A stretch of 61,588 bases of DNA, counting the filler, from Hausera hauseri (taxonomy: Eukaryota), in NCBI GenBank assembly GCA_046269625.1. It is 9 parts of 9 records of this genome, joined end to end, with 100 filler letters (N's around TTAATTAATTAA, not from the genome) between each part and the next. Parts side by side here need not be neighbours in the genome. Positions count along the whole stretch, not along the records: positions 47,995 to 57,509 come from JBJURY010352155.1; positions 57,610 to 61,588 come from JBJURY010843079.1; 7 more parts are not named here. One strand, given 5' to 3'. Under the pieces are notes generated by a model. It searched no databases. It was not told the origin of the DNA and worked only from the letters and a program-made list of their open reading frames with translations. The translations under genes were made by a program, and so were the position numbers. Every line of letters begins with the position of its first letter. Position 1 is the first letter of the stretch. Positions 50,901-61,588 of the stretch are shown here, piece after piece.

Positions 50901-53900
50901 AAGATTAAAAGAGAAAGACTAAGACTAAGACTAAGACTAAGGCTAAGACTAACACTAAGACTTAGTCTAAGACTAAGACTAAGACTAAGACTAAGAGTAA
51001 GACTAAGAAAAAGACAAAGGCAAAGATAAAGACTAAGTCTAAAAGTAAGAGTAAGAGAAAGACTAAGACTAAGTCTAAGACTAAGACTAAGACTAAGACT
51101 AAGACTAAAAGACAGACTAAGACTAAGAACAAGACTAAGACTAAGAGTAAGACTAAGACTAAGACTAAGACTAAGAATAAGACTAAGACTAAGACTTAGA
51201 CTAAGAATAAGACTAATACCAAAACTAAGAATAAGAGTAAGACTAAGTCTAAGACTAAATTAAGAATAAGACAAAGACTAAGACTGAGACTTTGTCTTAG
51301 TCTTAATCTTAGTCGTAGTCTTAGTCTTAGTCTTAGTCTTTGCATTTGTCTTTGTCTTTGTTTTAGTCTTAGTCTTAATCTTAGTCTTATTGTTAGTCTT
51401 AGTCTTATTCCAAGTCTGAGTCTTAGTCTTAGTCTTAGTCTAAGTCTAAGTATTAGACTTGGTCTTAATCTTAGTATTAATCTTAGTCTTAATCTTATTC
51501 TTAGTCTTATTCTTAGTCGTAGTCTTAATCTTTTGTCTTAATCTTAGTCTTATTCTTAGCCCTAGTATTAGCCTTATTCTTAGTCTAATAGTAAGACTGA
51601 GACAAAGACTAAGATTAAGACTAAGACAAAGACAAAGACTAAGACTAAGAATAAGATTAAGACTAAGGCTAAGATTAAGATTAAGACAAAGATTTAGACT
51701 AAGACAAAGACTAAGCTTAAGACTAAAACTAAGACTAAGATTGAGACTAAGACTAAGACTAAGATTGAGACTAAGACTAAGACTAAGACTAGGAATAAGA
51801 CTAAGACTAAGAATAAGACTAAGTCTAAGATTAAAATTAAGAGTAAGACTAAGACAGAATAAGACTAAGACTAAGACTAATACTAAGACTAATATTAAGA
51901 CAAAGACAAAGACTAAGACTAAGACTAAGAGAACGACTAAGACTAAGACTAAGACAAAGACAAAGACAAAGATAAAGGCTAAGAGAAAGAGTAAGACTAA
52001 GACTAAGACTAAGATTAAGACTAAGACTAAGACTAAGACTAAGACTAAAAGAAAAGGCTAAGACTAAGAGTAAGATTAAGATTAAGACTAAGACTAAGAT
52101 TATAAGACTAAGACTAAGACTAAGTCTAAGACTAAGACTAAGACTAAGACGAAGACAAAAACTAAGTCTAAGACTTAGACTACGACTAAGACAGACTAAG
52201 ACTAAGACTAAGAATAAGACGAAGACAAAATCTAAGATTAAGACTAAGACTAAGATTAAGACTAAGTCTAAGACTAAGACTAAGACTAAGACCAAGACTA
52301 AGACTAAGATTTAGATTAAGACTAAGACTAAGTCTAAGACTAAGACTAAGACTAAGACTAAGACTAAGACTGAGACAAAGATTAAGATTAAGACAAAGAG
52401 TAAGACTAAGACTAAGAATAAGACTAAGACTAAAACTAAGACTAAGACTAAGACTAAGACTAAGACTTAGACTAAGACTAAGACTAAGACTAAGATTAAC
52501 ATTAAGACAAAGACAAAGACAAAGAAAAAGACTAAGAGTAAGAGTAAGAGTAAGACTAAGACTAAGATTAAGACTAAGACTAAGACTAAGACTAAGACTT
52601 AGACTAAGAATAAGACTAATACCAAAACTAAGAATAAGAGTAAGACTAAGACTAAGACTAAATTAAGACTAAGACAAAGACTAAGACTAAGCCTTTGTCT
52701 TACTCTTAATCTTAGTCTTAGTCTTAGTCGTAGTCTTCGTCGTTGCTTTTGTCTTTGTCTTTGTTTTAGTCTTAGTCTTAATCTTAGTCTTATTGTTAGT
52801 CTTAGTCTTAGTCCAAGTCTGAGTCTTAGTCTTAGTCTTAGTCTTAGTCTAAGTCTTAGACTTGGTCTTAGTCTTAGTATTAGTCTTAGTCTTACTCTTA
52901 TTCTTAGTCTTATTCTTAGTCTTAGTCTTAGTCTTTTGTCTTAAACTTAGTCTTATTCTTAGTCCTAGTATTAGTCTTAGTCTTAGTCTAATAGTAAGAC
53001 GAAGACAAAGACTAAGATTAAGACTAAGACAAAGACAAAGACTAAGACTAAGAATAAGACTAAGACTAAGAATAAGACTAAGACTAAGATTAAAATTAAG
53101 AGTAAGACTAAGACAGAATAAGACTAAGACTAAGAATAAGACTAAGGCTAAGATTAAAACTAAGACTAAGACTAATTCAGAATAAAACTAAGACTAAGGC
53201 TAATACTAAGGCTAATATTAAGACTAAGACAAAGACTAAGACTAAGACTAAGAGAACGACTAAGACTAAGACAAAGACAAAGACAAAGACAAAGATAAAG
53301 AATAAGAGAAAGAGTAAGACTAAGACTAAGACTAAGACTAAGACTAAGACTCAGACTAAGACTAAAAGACAAAGACTAAGTCTAAGAGTAAGACTAAAAT
53401 TAAGACTAAGACTAAGATTATAAGATTAAGACTAAGACAAAGACTAAAACTAAGACTAAGACTAAGACCAAGACAAAAACTAAGACTAAGATTTAGACTA
53501 AGACTAAGACAGACTAAGACTAAGACTAAGAATAAGACGAAGTCAGAAATTAAAATTAAGACTAAGACTAAGACTAAGACTAAGACTAAGACTAAGACTA
53601 AGACTAAGACTAAGACCAAGACTAAGACTAATATTTAGACTAAGACTAAGACTTAGTCTAAGACTAAGTCTAAGACTAAGACTAAGACTAAGACTAAGAC
53701 AAAGATTAAGATTAAGACAAAGACTAAGACTAAGACTAAGAATAAGACTAAGACTAATACTAAGACTAAGACTAAGACTAAGACTTAGACTAAGACTAAG
53801 ACTAAGACTAAGTCTAAGTCTAAGATTAAGATTAAGACAAAGACAAAGACAAAGATAAAGACTAAGAGTAAGAGTAAGACTAAGACGAAGACTAAGACTA

Positions 53901-56900
53901 AGACGAAGACTAAGACTTAGACTAAGAATAAGACTAATACCAAAACTAAGAATAAGAGTAAGACTAAGACTAAGACTATATTAAGATTCAGAATAAGACC
54001 ACGACTAAGACTAAGATTAAGACTAAGACTAAGATTAAGACTAAGACGAAGACATAGACTAAGAATAAGACTAATTCCAAAACTAAGAATAAGACTAAGA
54101 CTAAGACTATATTAAGACTAAGACAACGACTAAGACTAAGCCTTTGTCTTAATCTTAATCTTAGTCTTAGTCTTAGACTTATTCTTAGTCTTAGTCTTTG
54201 CATTTGTCTTTGTCTTTGTCTTAGTCTTAGTCTTTATCTTAGTCTTATTGTTAGTCTTAGTCTTAGTCCTAGTCTGAGTCTTAGTCTTAGACTTAGTCTA
54301 AGTCTTATTCTTGGTCTTAGTCTTAGTCCTAGTCTTAATCTTAGTCTTAGTCTTAGTCTTATTCTTAGTCTTAGTCTTAGTCTTTTGTCTTAATCTTAGT
54401 CTTAGTCTTAGACATAGTATCAGTCTTAATCTTAGTCTAATGGTAAGACTAAGACAAAGACTAAGATTAAGACTAAGAAAAAGACAAAGCCTATGACTAA
54501 GACTAAGAATAAGACTGAGACTAAGACTGAGAATAAGACTAAGACTAAGACTAAGACTAAGATTAAGACTAAGACTAAAAGACAAAGACTAAGACTAAGA
54601 CTAAGACTAAGATTAAGATTTAGACTAAGATTATAAGATTAAGACTAAGACTAAGACTAAGACTGACTAAGACGAAGACAAAAACTAAGACTAAGACATA
54701 GACTAAGACTAAGACAAAGTAAGATTAAGACTAAGACGAAGACAAAAACTTAGACTAAGACTAAGACTAAGATTAAGACTAAGATTAAGACTAATACTAA
54801 TACTAAGACTTAGACTAAGACTAAGATTAAGACTAAGACTAAGCCTAAAACTAAGACTAAAACTAAGATTAAGACTAAGACAAAGACTAAGACTAAGACT
54901 CATACTAAGAATAAGACTAAGGCTAAGCCTAAGACTAAGACTAAGACTAAGACTAAGACTTAGATTAAGATTAAGACTAAGACTAAGAATAAGACTAAGA
55001 CTAAGATTAAGATTAAGACAAAGACAAAGACAAAGATAAAGACTAAGAGTAAGAGTAAGAGTAAGAATAAGACTAAGACTAAGACTAAGGCAAAGACTAA
55101 GACTAAAAGACAGACTAAGACTAAGACCAAGACTAAGACTAAGAGTAAGACTAAGATTAATACTTAGACTAAGAATAAGACTAATACCAAAACTAAGAAT
55201 AAGAGTAAGACTAAGACTAAGACTAAATTAAGTCTAAGACAAAGACTAAGACTAAGCCTTTGTCTTAGTCTTAATCTTAGTCTTAGTCTTAGTCTTAGAC
55301 TTAGTCTTAGTCTTAGTCTTAGTCTTTGCTTTTGTCTTTGTCTTTGTATTAGTCTTAATCTTAATCTTAATCATATTGTTAGTCTTAGTCTTAGTCCTAG
55401 TCTGAGTCTTAGTCTTAGTCTTAGTCTTAATCTAAGTCTTAGACTTTGTCTTAGTCTTAGTATTAGTATTAGTCTTAGTCTTGTTCTTAGTCTTATTCTT
55501 AGACTTAGTCTTAGTCTTTTGTCTTAATCTTAGTCTTAGTCTTAGTTCTAGTATTAGTCTTAGTCTTAGTCTAATAGTAAGACTAAGACAAAGACTAAGA
55601 TTAAGACTAAGACAAAGACGAAGACTATGACTAAGACTAAGAATAAGACTAAGACTAAGGCTAAGAATAATACTAAGATTAAGACTAAGACTTAGACTAA
55701 GACTAAGACTAAGACTAAGACTAAGGCTAATTCTAAAACTAAGACTAAGAGTAAGAGTAAGACTAAGACTAAGACTAAGACTAAGACTAAGACTAAAAGA
55801 CAAAGACTAAGACTAAAAGACAAAGACTAAGACTAAGCGTAAGACTAAGATTAAGTCTAAGACTAAGATTATAAGATTAAGACTACGACTAAGTCTAAGA
55901 CTAAGACTAAGACTAAGACGAAGACAAAAACTAAGACTAAGACTTAGACTAAGATTAAGAAAAACTAAAACTAAGAATAAGACGAAGACAAAAATTAAGA
56001 CTAAGATTTAGACTAAGAATAAGACTAAGACTAAGACTAAGACTAAGACTATGACTAAGATTTAGACTAAGACTAAGAGGAAGACTAAGACTAAGACTAA
56101 GACTAAGAATAAGACTAAGATTAAGTCTAAGACAAAGACTAAGAATAAATCTAATAATAAGACTAAGACTAAGACTAAGACTAAGAATAAGACTAAGATT
56201 TAGACTAAGACTAAGACTAAGACTAAGACTAAGATTAAGATTAAGACAAAGACAAAGACAAAGATGAAGACTAAGAGTAAGAGTAAGACTAAGAATAAGA
56301 CTAAGACTAAGACTAAGACTAAGACTAAAAGACAGACTAAGACTAAGTCCAAGAGTAAGACTAAGATTGAGACTAAGACTAAGACTAAGACTAAGACTTA
56401 GACTAAGAATAAGACTAATACCAAAATTAAGAATAAGAGTAAGACTAAGACTAAGACTATATTAAGACTAAGACAAAGACTAAGACTAAGCCTTTGTCTT
56501 AGTCTTAATCTTAGTCTTAGTCTTAGTCTTAGTCTTTGCCTTTTTCTTTGTCTTTGTCTTAGTCTTAGTCTCCATCTTAGTCTTATTGTTAGGCTTAGTC
56601 TTAGTCCTAGTCTGAGTCTTAGTCTTAGTCTTTGTCTTAGTCTTATTCTTAGTCTTAGTTTTAGTCTTTTGTCTAAATCTTAGTCTTAGTCTTAGACCTA
56701 GTATTAGTCTTAATCTTAATCTAATAGTAAGACTAACACAGACTAAGATTAAGACTAAGACAAAGACAAAGGCTATGACTAAGACTAAGAATAAGACTAA
56801 GACTAAGACTAAGAATAAGACTAAGACTAAGACTAAGATTAAGACTTAGACTAAGACTAAGACTAAGACTAAGACTAAGACTAAGACTAATTCTAAGACT

Positions 56901-57509
56901 AAGACTAAGACTAAGAGTAAGACTAAGTCTAAGAGTAAGACTAATACTAAGACTAAGACGAAGACAAAGACAAAGTCAAAGACTAAGACAAAGACTAAGA
57001 ATAAGACTAAGACTAAGTCTATGATTAAGACTAAGACTAAGATTTAGACTAAGACAAAGACTAAGATTAAGACTAAAACTAAGACTAAGATTGAGACTAA
57101 GACTAAGACAAAGACTAAGACTAAGAATAAGACTAAAAGAATAAGACTAAGACTAATACTAAGACTAAGATTAAGACTAAGACTAAGACTAAGACTAAGG
57201 ATAAGATGAAGACAAAGACTAAGATTATTACTATAACTAAGACTAAGATTGAGACTAATACTAAGACTAAGACTAAGACTAAGAATAAGACTAAAAGAAT
57301 AAGACTGAGACTAATACTAAGACTAAGATTAAGACTAATATTAAGACTAAGATTAAGATTTAGACTAAGACAAAGACTAAGATTAAGACTAAAACTAAGA
57401 CTAAGATTGAGACTAAGACTAAGACTAAGACTAAGACTAAGACTAAGAATAAGACTAAAAGAATAAGACTAAGACTAATACTAAGACTAAGATTAAGACT
57501 AAGACTAAG
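47995..57509. repeat. (TAAGAC)n/(GTCTTA)n hexanucleotide satellite with higher-order units and six inverted blocks
   Basis: The whole contig consists of TAAGAC and one-base variants. Inverted blocks at about 49861-49987, 51291-51588, 52694-52990, 54143-54440, 55259-55574 and 56493-56724. Confidence 0.97.
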
Positions 57510-57609
57510 NNNNNNNNNNNNNNNNNNNNNNNNNNNNNNNNNNNNNNNNNNNNTTAATTAATTAANNNNNNNNNNNNNNNNNNNNNNNNNNNNNNNNNNN
57601 NNNNNNNNN
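57510..57609. other. Artificial contig linker
   Basis: N-TTAATTAATTAA-N, 100 nt. Confidence 0.98.
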
Positions 57610-59860
57610 TGTTAGTTCAGAGGCTACGTCTCTCTGCCATCTTTGCACAAACTGCGACTTGTCGACTTTCTCCGCTTCAGTGAGAGAGTATTTATTTATA
57701 TAGTTCTCGAACTCCTTCAGTAATTTGTCTAGTCTTATGGCTCTCTGCTTGGTTTCACTGCATGTTTCTTCGACTTGGCCTATCTGAAGCAACAATTGTT
57801 TTATCTTCTCATCGCTAATTTCTGCCATTTCTACCATTAGACGTGCTAATTCATACATTTCACTAATAGTTTTGAGTCCGGATCTGTAGCATCTAATAAC
57901 TTTTTTGCACACCTGGCTACTTCAACGCTAAGATGGTGGTAGTTTCTGATCATTATCAGTTCGGTATGACATCTCTGGTCCGTTCCGATCGTCCAGTTTT
58001 GTAGGTCGTGTAAAAATTTTATTGCCTCTTCTATCGCCGATCGGTGCATCGGACAAACGTCCAACGTTCTGAGATTTTGAATCAAGATCTCTTTGATAGG
58101 TTTTGCAGTTAAGTGCTGAATTTTTTCCAGGCGGATATTTCTTAATCTCGGATAGACGTTACAAGTCATTTTCCGCTTCTCTGTAAAGTTTGTTTCTTCG
58201 ATTATTTTATATATCTTCCAATATCGTCGTTTGTTGTTTTCTTTTCATAAAGTTCAATTGGTATAATGCATTAAATTGTGTCCTAGTATCCACTTCCGCT
58301 TTCATTGTATCCAGATTTCGTGCATCATCTTCTAATTGCATCCTTACTGTAGGCTCACTTTCTGGGAACTTTTTTATACGGTCTTCTACTAATTTTCTCA
58401 GTCTCGTTATTACCCGACACTATTCGTCTATCTGGTTAGCGGTATTCAGCTTCGGCAATATTGTCTTGTCCAGCATTTTATATGCGTTTTCTAACTCGTC
58501 GTCCGGGCCTTTTATGAAACTAATGCTTAGTTGAATTCATCCTTATACTCATCAATTTCAAGGATACAGGCCTTAATTATGTTCTGTGTCTCGTCATTGT
58601 CCAACTGCATGATTCTATTTATTAAACTATATATCTGTGACCTTTTTTCGTTTTCGATTTTAATACAATTTTCCAGACTTGTATATTGTTTTGCTGCGGT
58701 GGAAGCAATTTTTATTATCTCCATTAATGGTGGGATATCTAGCGAGCTTATACCCAACAATTCCAAATCAATTTCGTTTCGTTCCTTGACCGGTTTTTGT
58801 CTGAGCCTCTCCACCATTTTGAATCTAATTTCGTTCATGACGCGCTACACGTTACAAGTTACCCTTTTAGTTTCAGATTGGCTTCTAGTATGGTCAGTAA
58901 TGCTTGGGCTTTATTTATTCTTGCTTCGACATTCTTTGAATGTTTATCCCACGCTTCGGAAAATTTAATTCCACTCTGTATCTAAGTTTTTAATTCGTAT
59001 TTCCATTTCTCTAACGTTTCTGGTGACACTTCCTCAGGTTGCCCTAGGTCTAAAGCTTCGTTCAGTTTTTCCTCACTATATAATTTCATTTTCTTGTATA
59101 ATCTTTATATAAATTGCTGCTCTTTACCAGAAATGTCTACTTGTTTGTTCATCTCTTTAAGTTTCTCTAAGTTCTGTTGCAATACGTCTGGGTTGAGACA
59201 ATTAATTCACATTCTCTTTAATTCATCAGAATTTTTCCATGAACGCCTGATTTTTCACTGTTTCTGATCAACCCTCTCACTTTGCTCTGTCTCTTATTCA
59301 CTAGTAGGTAGTGGACATATCTCATTAATTTCATTCACAGATTTTGTTAACTCTTCTATGCCAACAGGTGTAACTAACCAAATTTCTGGGGTATCCAAGG
59401 TGAACTCTACATCGCTTTCTAGAGCGATTTCAGTTTCTTTTGCTCTGTCAGACTTTTCATTATTCATCGGGGATTGTGAACGATCTTTACGTTTCCGCTT
59501 TAATGACGGACTGCGGCCTCTATTCTTTGTAATTTTGAGTATTAGTGGTTCTATAATTTTTTTCCTCGTCAACCTCTATAGTTTTGTCCATTTTTTCTAC
59601 CACATATTCCGGTTCTGCATCTAAATCCACTTCATTCGGAGTTTGGGACTTTTCGGGTTTCTTTATCTCTCTATTAGATGCAGGAACATGCTTTTTCCGT
59701 GCCATATTGGTGAGCCTTGGTTGGGCTATAGAGTGTTTATATTCTGTTTCTGGCTTGCGAAGGCCATTGTATATTTCTAGTAAGCGTAATTTGTGCTCAT
59801 ACTCATTCCTGGCCATTAAGACTTTGGGATCGTTAGTATCAGGTTGAGCCTTCAAGAAAC
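57610..59860 (-). pseudogene. Unknown region 'X' of the LTR-element polyprotein, paralogue 2, directly downstream of the Gag zinc knuckle
   Basis: ORFs 59520-59855, 59294-59572 (basic patch RSPSLKRKRK), NKQVDISGKEQQFI*RLY, 58527-58838, 57846-58169 (KPIKEI...DVC...DQRCHTEL...LDATDPD) and 57610-57912. Colinear with 33990-35600. Confidence 0.7.
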
Positions 59861-59984
59861 GTCACAAATCTTGTATTTCGATAATTATACCCGTGTCTTT
59901 ACGAATGCCATAAATTGTTTCTAGATTTTCGTTCCTAATTACATTAGTTTTGCTAGGCTCAAAAAATGAAACACTTTGCGGATT

Positions 59985-61189
59985 TGGACAGGACCTTGCT
60001 ACGTGTCCTTCTTGTCCGCAGGTGTAACAAATTAGGTTACCATTTCTACCGACCCTTTGTCGTCAATCTTCATTTATTGGAAATTTCGATCTTCTCGGAT
60101 TTCTATTAAAATTCTGGTACGACGAAATTTGTCTAGTATCTCCATTCTGATGATTTTCATAACTTCGATTATCGCTGTGCCGGTTTCCATTGTTAAAATT
60201 TCTGGGGCCGTCCGAACGTCTATCCGTACTATAGTTTGGTCTACTAGATGAGCTATTACGGTCATTATCAAAATTCCGGTTACCATACCGATTACTTCTA
60301 TAATCATTGTTATTATTCTGGTTTCTATTGCCATAATTTCTGTTAAATCGCCTATCATTTCTCCCGTGATTATCATTCCGATTTCTATCATTTCGATCAT
60401 TATTTCTGTCGTTTTTGTCTTTACCCTTAACATATCTATCCAGTGCCATTTCCAAGTCTTGGGCCAACTGCAAGGTTTTATAAAAATTCTCAGGTCTGGC
60501 TAAAATCAACTGTTTCACTATATCTCTAGACCAGATGCCATTTATTAAGTGCGTCATCATCATAACGTCCAAAACAGGAGGGTTTGCCTTCTCTGCGGCT
60601 TCCCGCTCTGCGTCGCTTTTAGCCTTAGCTATATTAGCTAGTCTTAAAGTACTCACATAGCTTTTCGCACGTTTCTTTAATACAAATTCAAACTGGGTTA
60701 TCGACTCACCCTTCTGTTGCACTCTATTCTGGAAGGCCATGAGGCTTTGTTGTGGAATTACTGTCGGAAATAATTTTCAATTTAAGGCTCCTACTAGGAA
60801 GGATCGCGTTTCTTTTCATCGTCAGTGAGTTCACTATAGGTATCAGCGGCCAAATTCTTCAAATATAGTGACAAGCGTTTAATCATCACATTAGCTGCGA
60901 GTTCAGCACCTTCTGCGTGCAACTCATAAGTTCTTAAGAATTTATTAAGTCCGTCCGGTTCTCCATCATACGCCGGCAGATTCAGGGAACCGAATGTAAA
61001 AATGTCCAGCTTCTGCGCTACTGCTTGATTTTCGACCATGTTTTCTACGTTTATTAAATTTTGCTTAATTAACTTACGGGTTCTAATTCTCTTATGAGGA
61101 ACTTTAAATTCTATAGGCTGTCCAGAAGCGTCTAAATCAGTAAGTTCAATGTTAACTAAATTCGTCTCAGATAAGGTACGTCTACTCAA
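59985..61189 (-). pseudogene. Ty3/gypsy-type Gag (capsid, R/N-rich linker, CCHC zinc knuckle); frameshifted
   Basis: LPAYDGEPDGLNKFLRTYE...RLSLYLKNLAADTY; RVQQKGESITQF...HLINGI..DIVKQL...TLQLAQDLE; knuckle CYTCGQEGHVARSC at 59988-60029. Confidence 0.88.
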
Positions 61190-61460
61190 CGTTTTATCCT
61201 GTCTATAAACTTTGTTGCGCGTTTCGCGTAGGTTAATATTCTCTTTGCCGTTTAGAATTACGTTTAAGTTATCGTCTGACTTATATCTATTAATATTCGT
61301 CCTTATTTCAATAGTATGTCGTTAAATTTGGCTGAGAGTTTCTTATAAATCCAGCAATTTAAGTTCACAACGATTCTTTAATCGATTATTTGATGTGGCG
61401 GAGCTGATCGCCAATATGTCGTTACTTTTTACTAAGAGTCAATTCTAGCAAGTGCAAACT

Positions 61461-61478
61461 GTCCTGCTAGGGTCGCCA
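61461..61478 (-). promoter_or_regulatory. Primer-binding site, tRNA-Arg-like
   Basis: Minus strand TGGCGACCCTAGCAGGAC, 3 nt after the LTR terminal ...TTAACA. It is complementary to a tRNA 3' end GTCCTGCTAGGGTCGCCA, which resembles tRNA-Arg(UCG) ends (TCCTG..xGGTCGCCA). Confidence 0.75.
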
Positions 61479-61481
61479 AAA

Positions 61482-61588
61482 TGTTAATAGTTGAAGGTTG
61501 GCCCTATTCAACACCCAACTATAACAATATTTAAACTCAATTTAAACAATAATTTATAAGCACATAAGTCCTAACGTTCTCGTTAGAA
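61482..61588 (-). repeat. 3' end (U5) of the 5' LTR of the gag-X-env element, truncated by the window edge
   Basis: Ends in ...CTATTAACA immediately before TTT and the PBS. Confidence 0.7.

Noticed and set aside
47995-57509. CRISPR array, or genuine proteins (poly-LS, LR, KT, LV ORFs)
   Set aside because: No unique spacers and no cas genes. The ORFs are automatic translations of a 6-nt repeat.
47995-57509. Telomere with a variant TTAGTC unit
   Set aside because: The unit resembles TTAGGG/TTAGGC, but the many variants, internal inversions and kb-scale higher-order period do not fit a telomerase-made terminal array. A subtelomeric or interstitial origin cannot be excluded.
61461-61478. tRNA gene
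   Set aside because: Only 18 nt matching a tRNA 3' end including CCA, next to an LTR end; this is a PBS.
1-61588. A single giant virus, prophage or gene cluster combining capsid, kinase, DnaJ, glycoprotein and gag
   Set aside because: The genes lie on separate contigs of different composition, with spliceosomal exons and animal TEs. Only the C5-C9 link is supported, and by homology rather than adjacency.

Overview
This window is not one locus. It is nine animal-type contigs concatenated with 100-nt N/TTAATTAATTAA/N linkers, plus one plain 100-N scaffold gap at 9763-9862. Contigs: C1 1-7388, C2 7489-21627, C3 21728-26011, C4 26112-31332, C5 31433-35600, C6 35701-39700, C7 39801-47894, C8 47995-57509, C9 57610-61588. 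Adjacency across linkers has no biological meaning. Host genes: an intact intronless DNAJA-type Hsp40, an intact intronless non-RD Ser/Thr kinase with a textbook CCAAT/GC/TATA promoter on a contig whose ends overlap by 77 bp (circle or collapsed tandem array), and isolated exons of a PLP-dependent aromatic amino-acid decarboxylase, lipin and an ABCA transporter. Mobile DNA: Tc1/mariner copies, Maverick/Polinton (adintovirus-like) major capsid and adenain protease relics, Ty1/copia, Ty3/gypsy, RTE LINE and teleost-like ERV relics, and a 9.5-kb (TAAGAC)n satellite with periodic inverted blocks. The strongest candidate for a new system spans C9 and C5, two divergent and overlapping members of an LTR element family. 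Their composite reads LTR - tRNA-Arg-like PBS - gypsy-type Gag with CCHC knuckle - a long unknown helical region - ubiquitin-like domain - AT-hook - internal signal peptide - chuvirus-like glycoprotein, with no protease, RT, RNase H or integrase between gag and env. All family assignments come from motif recognition by eye; no database search was run.
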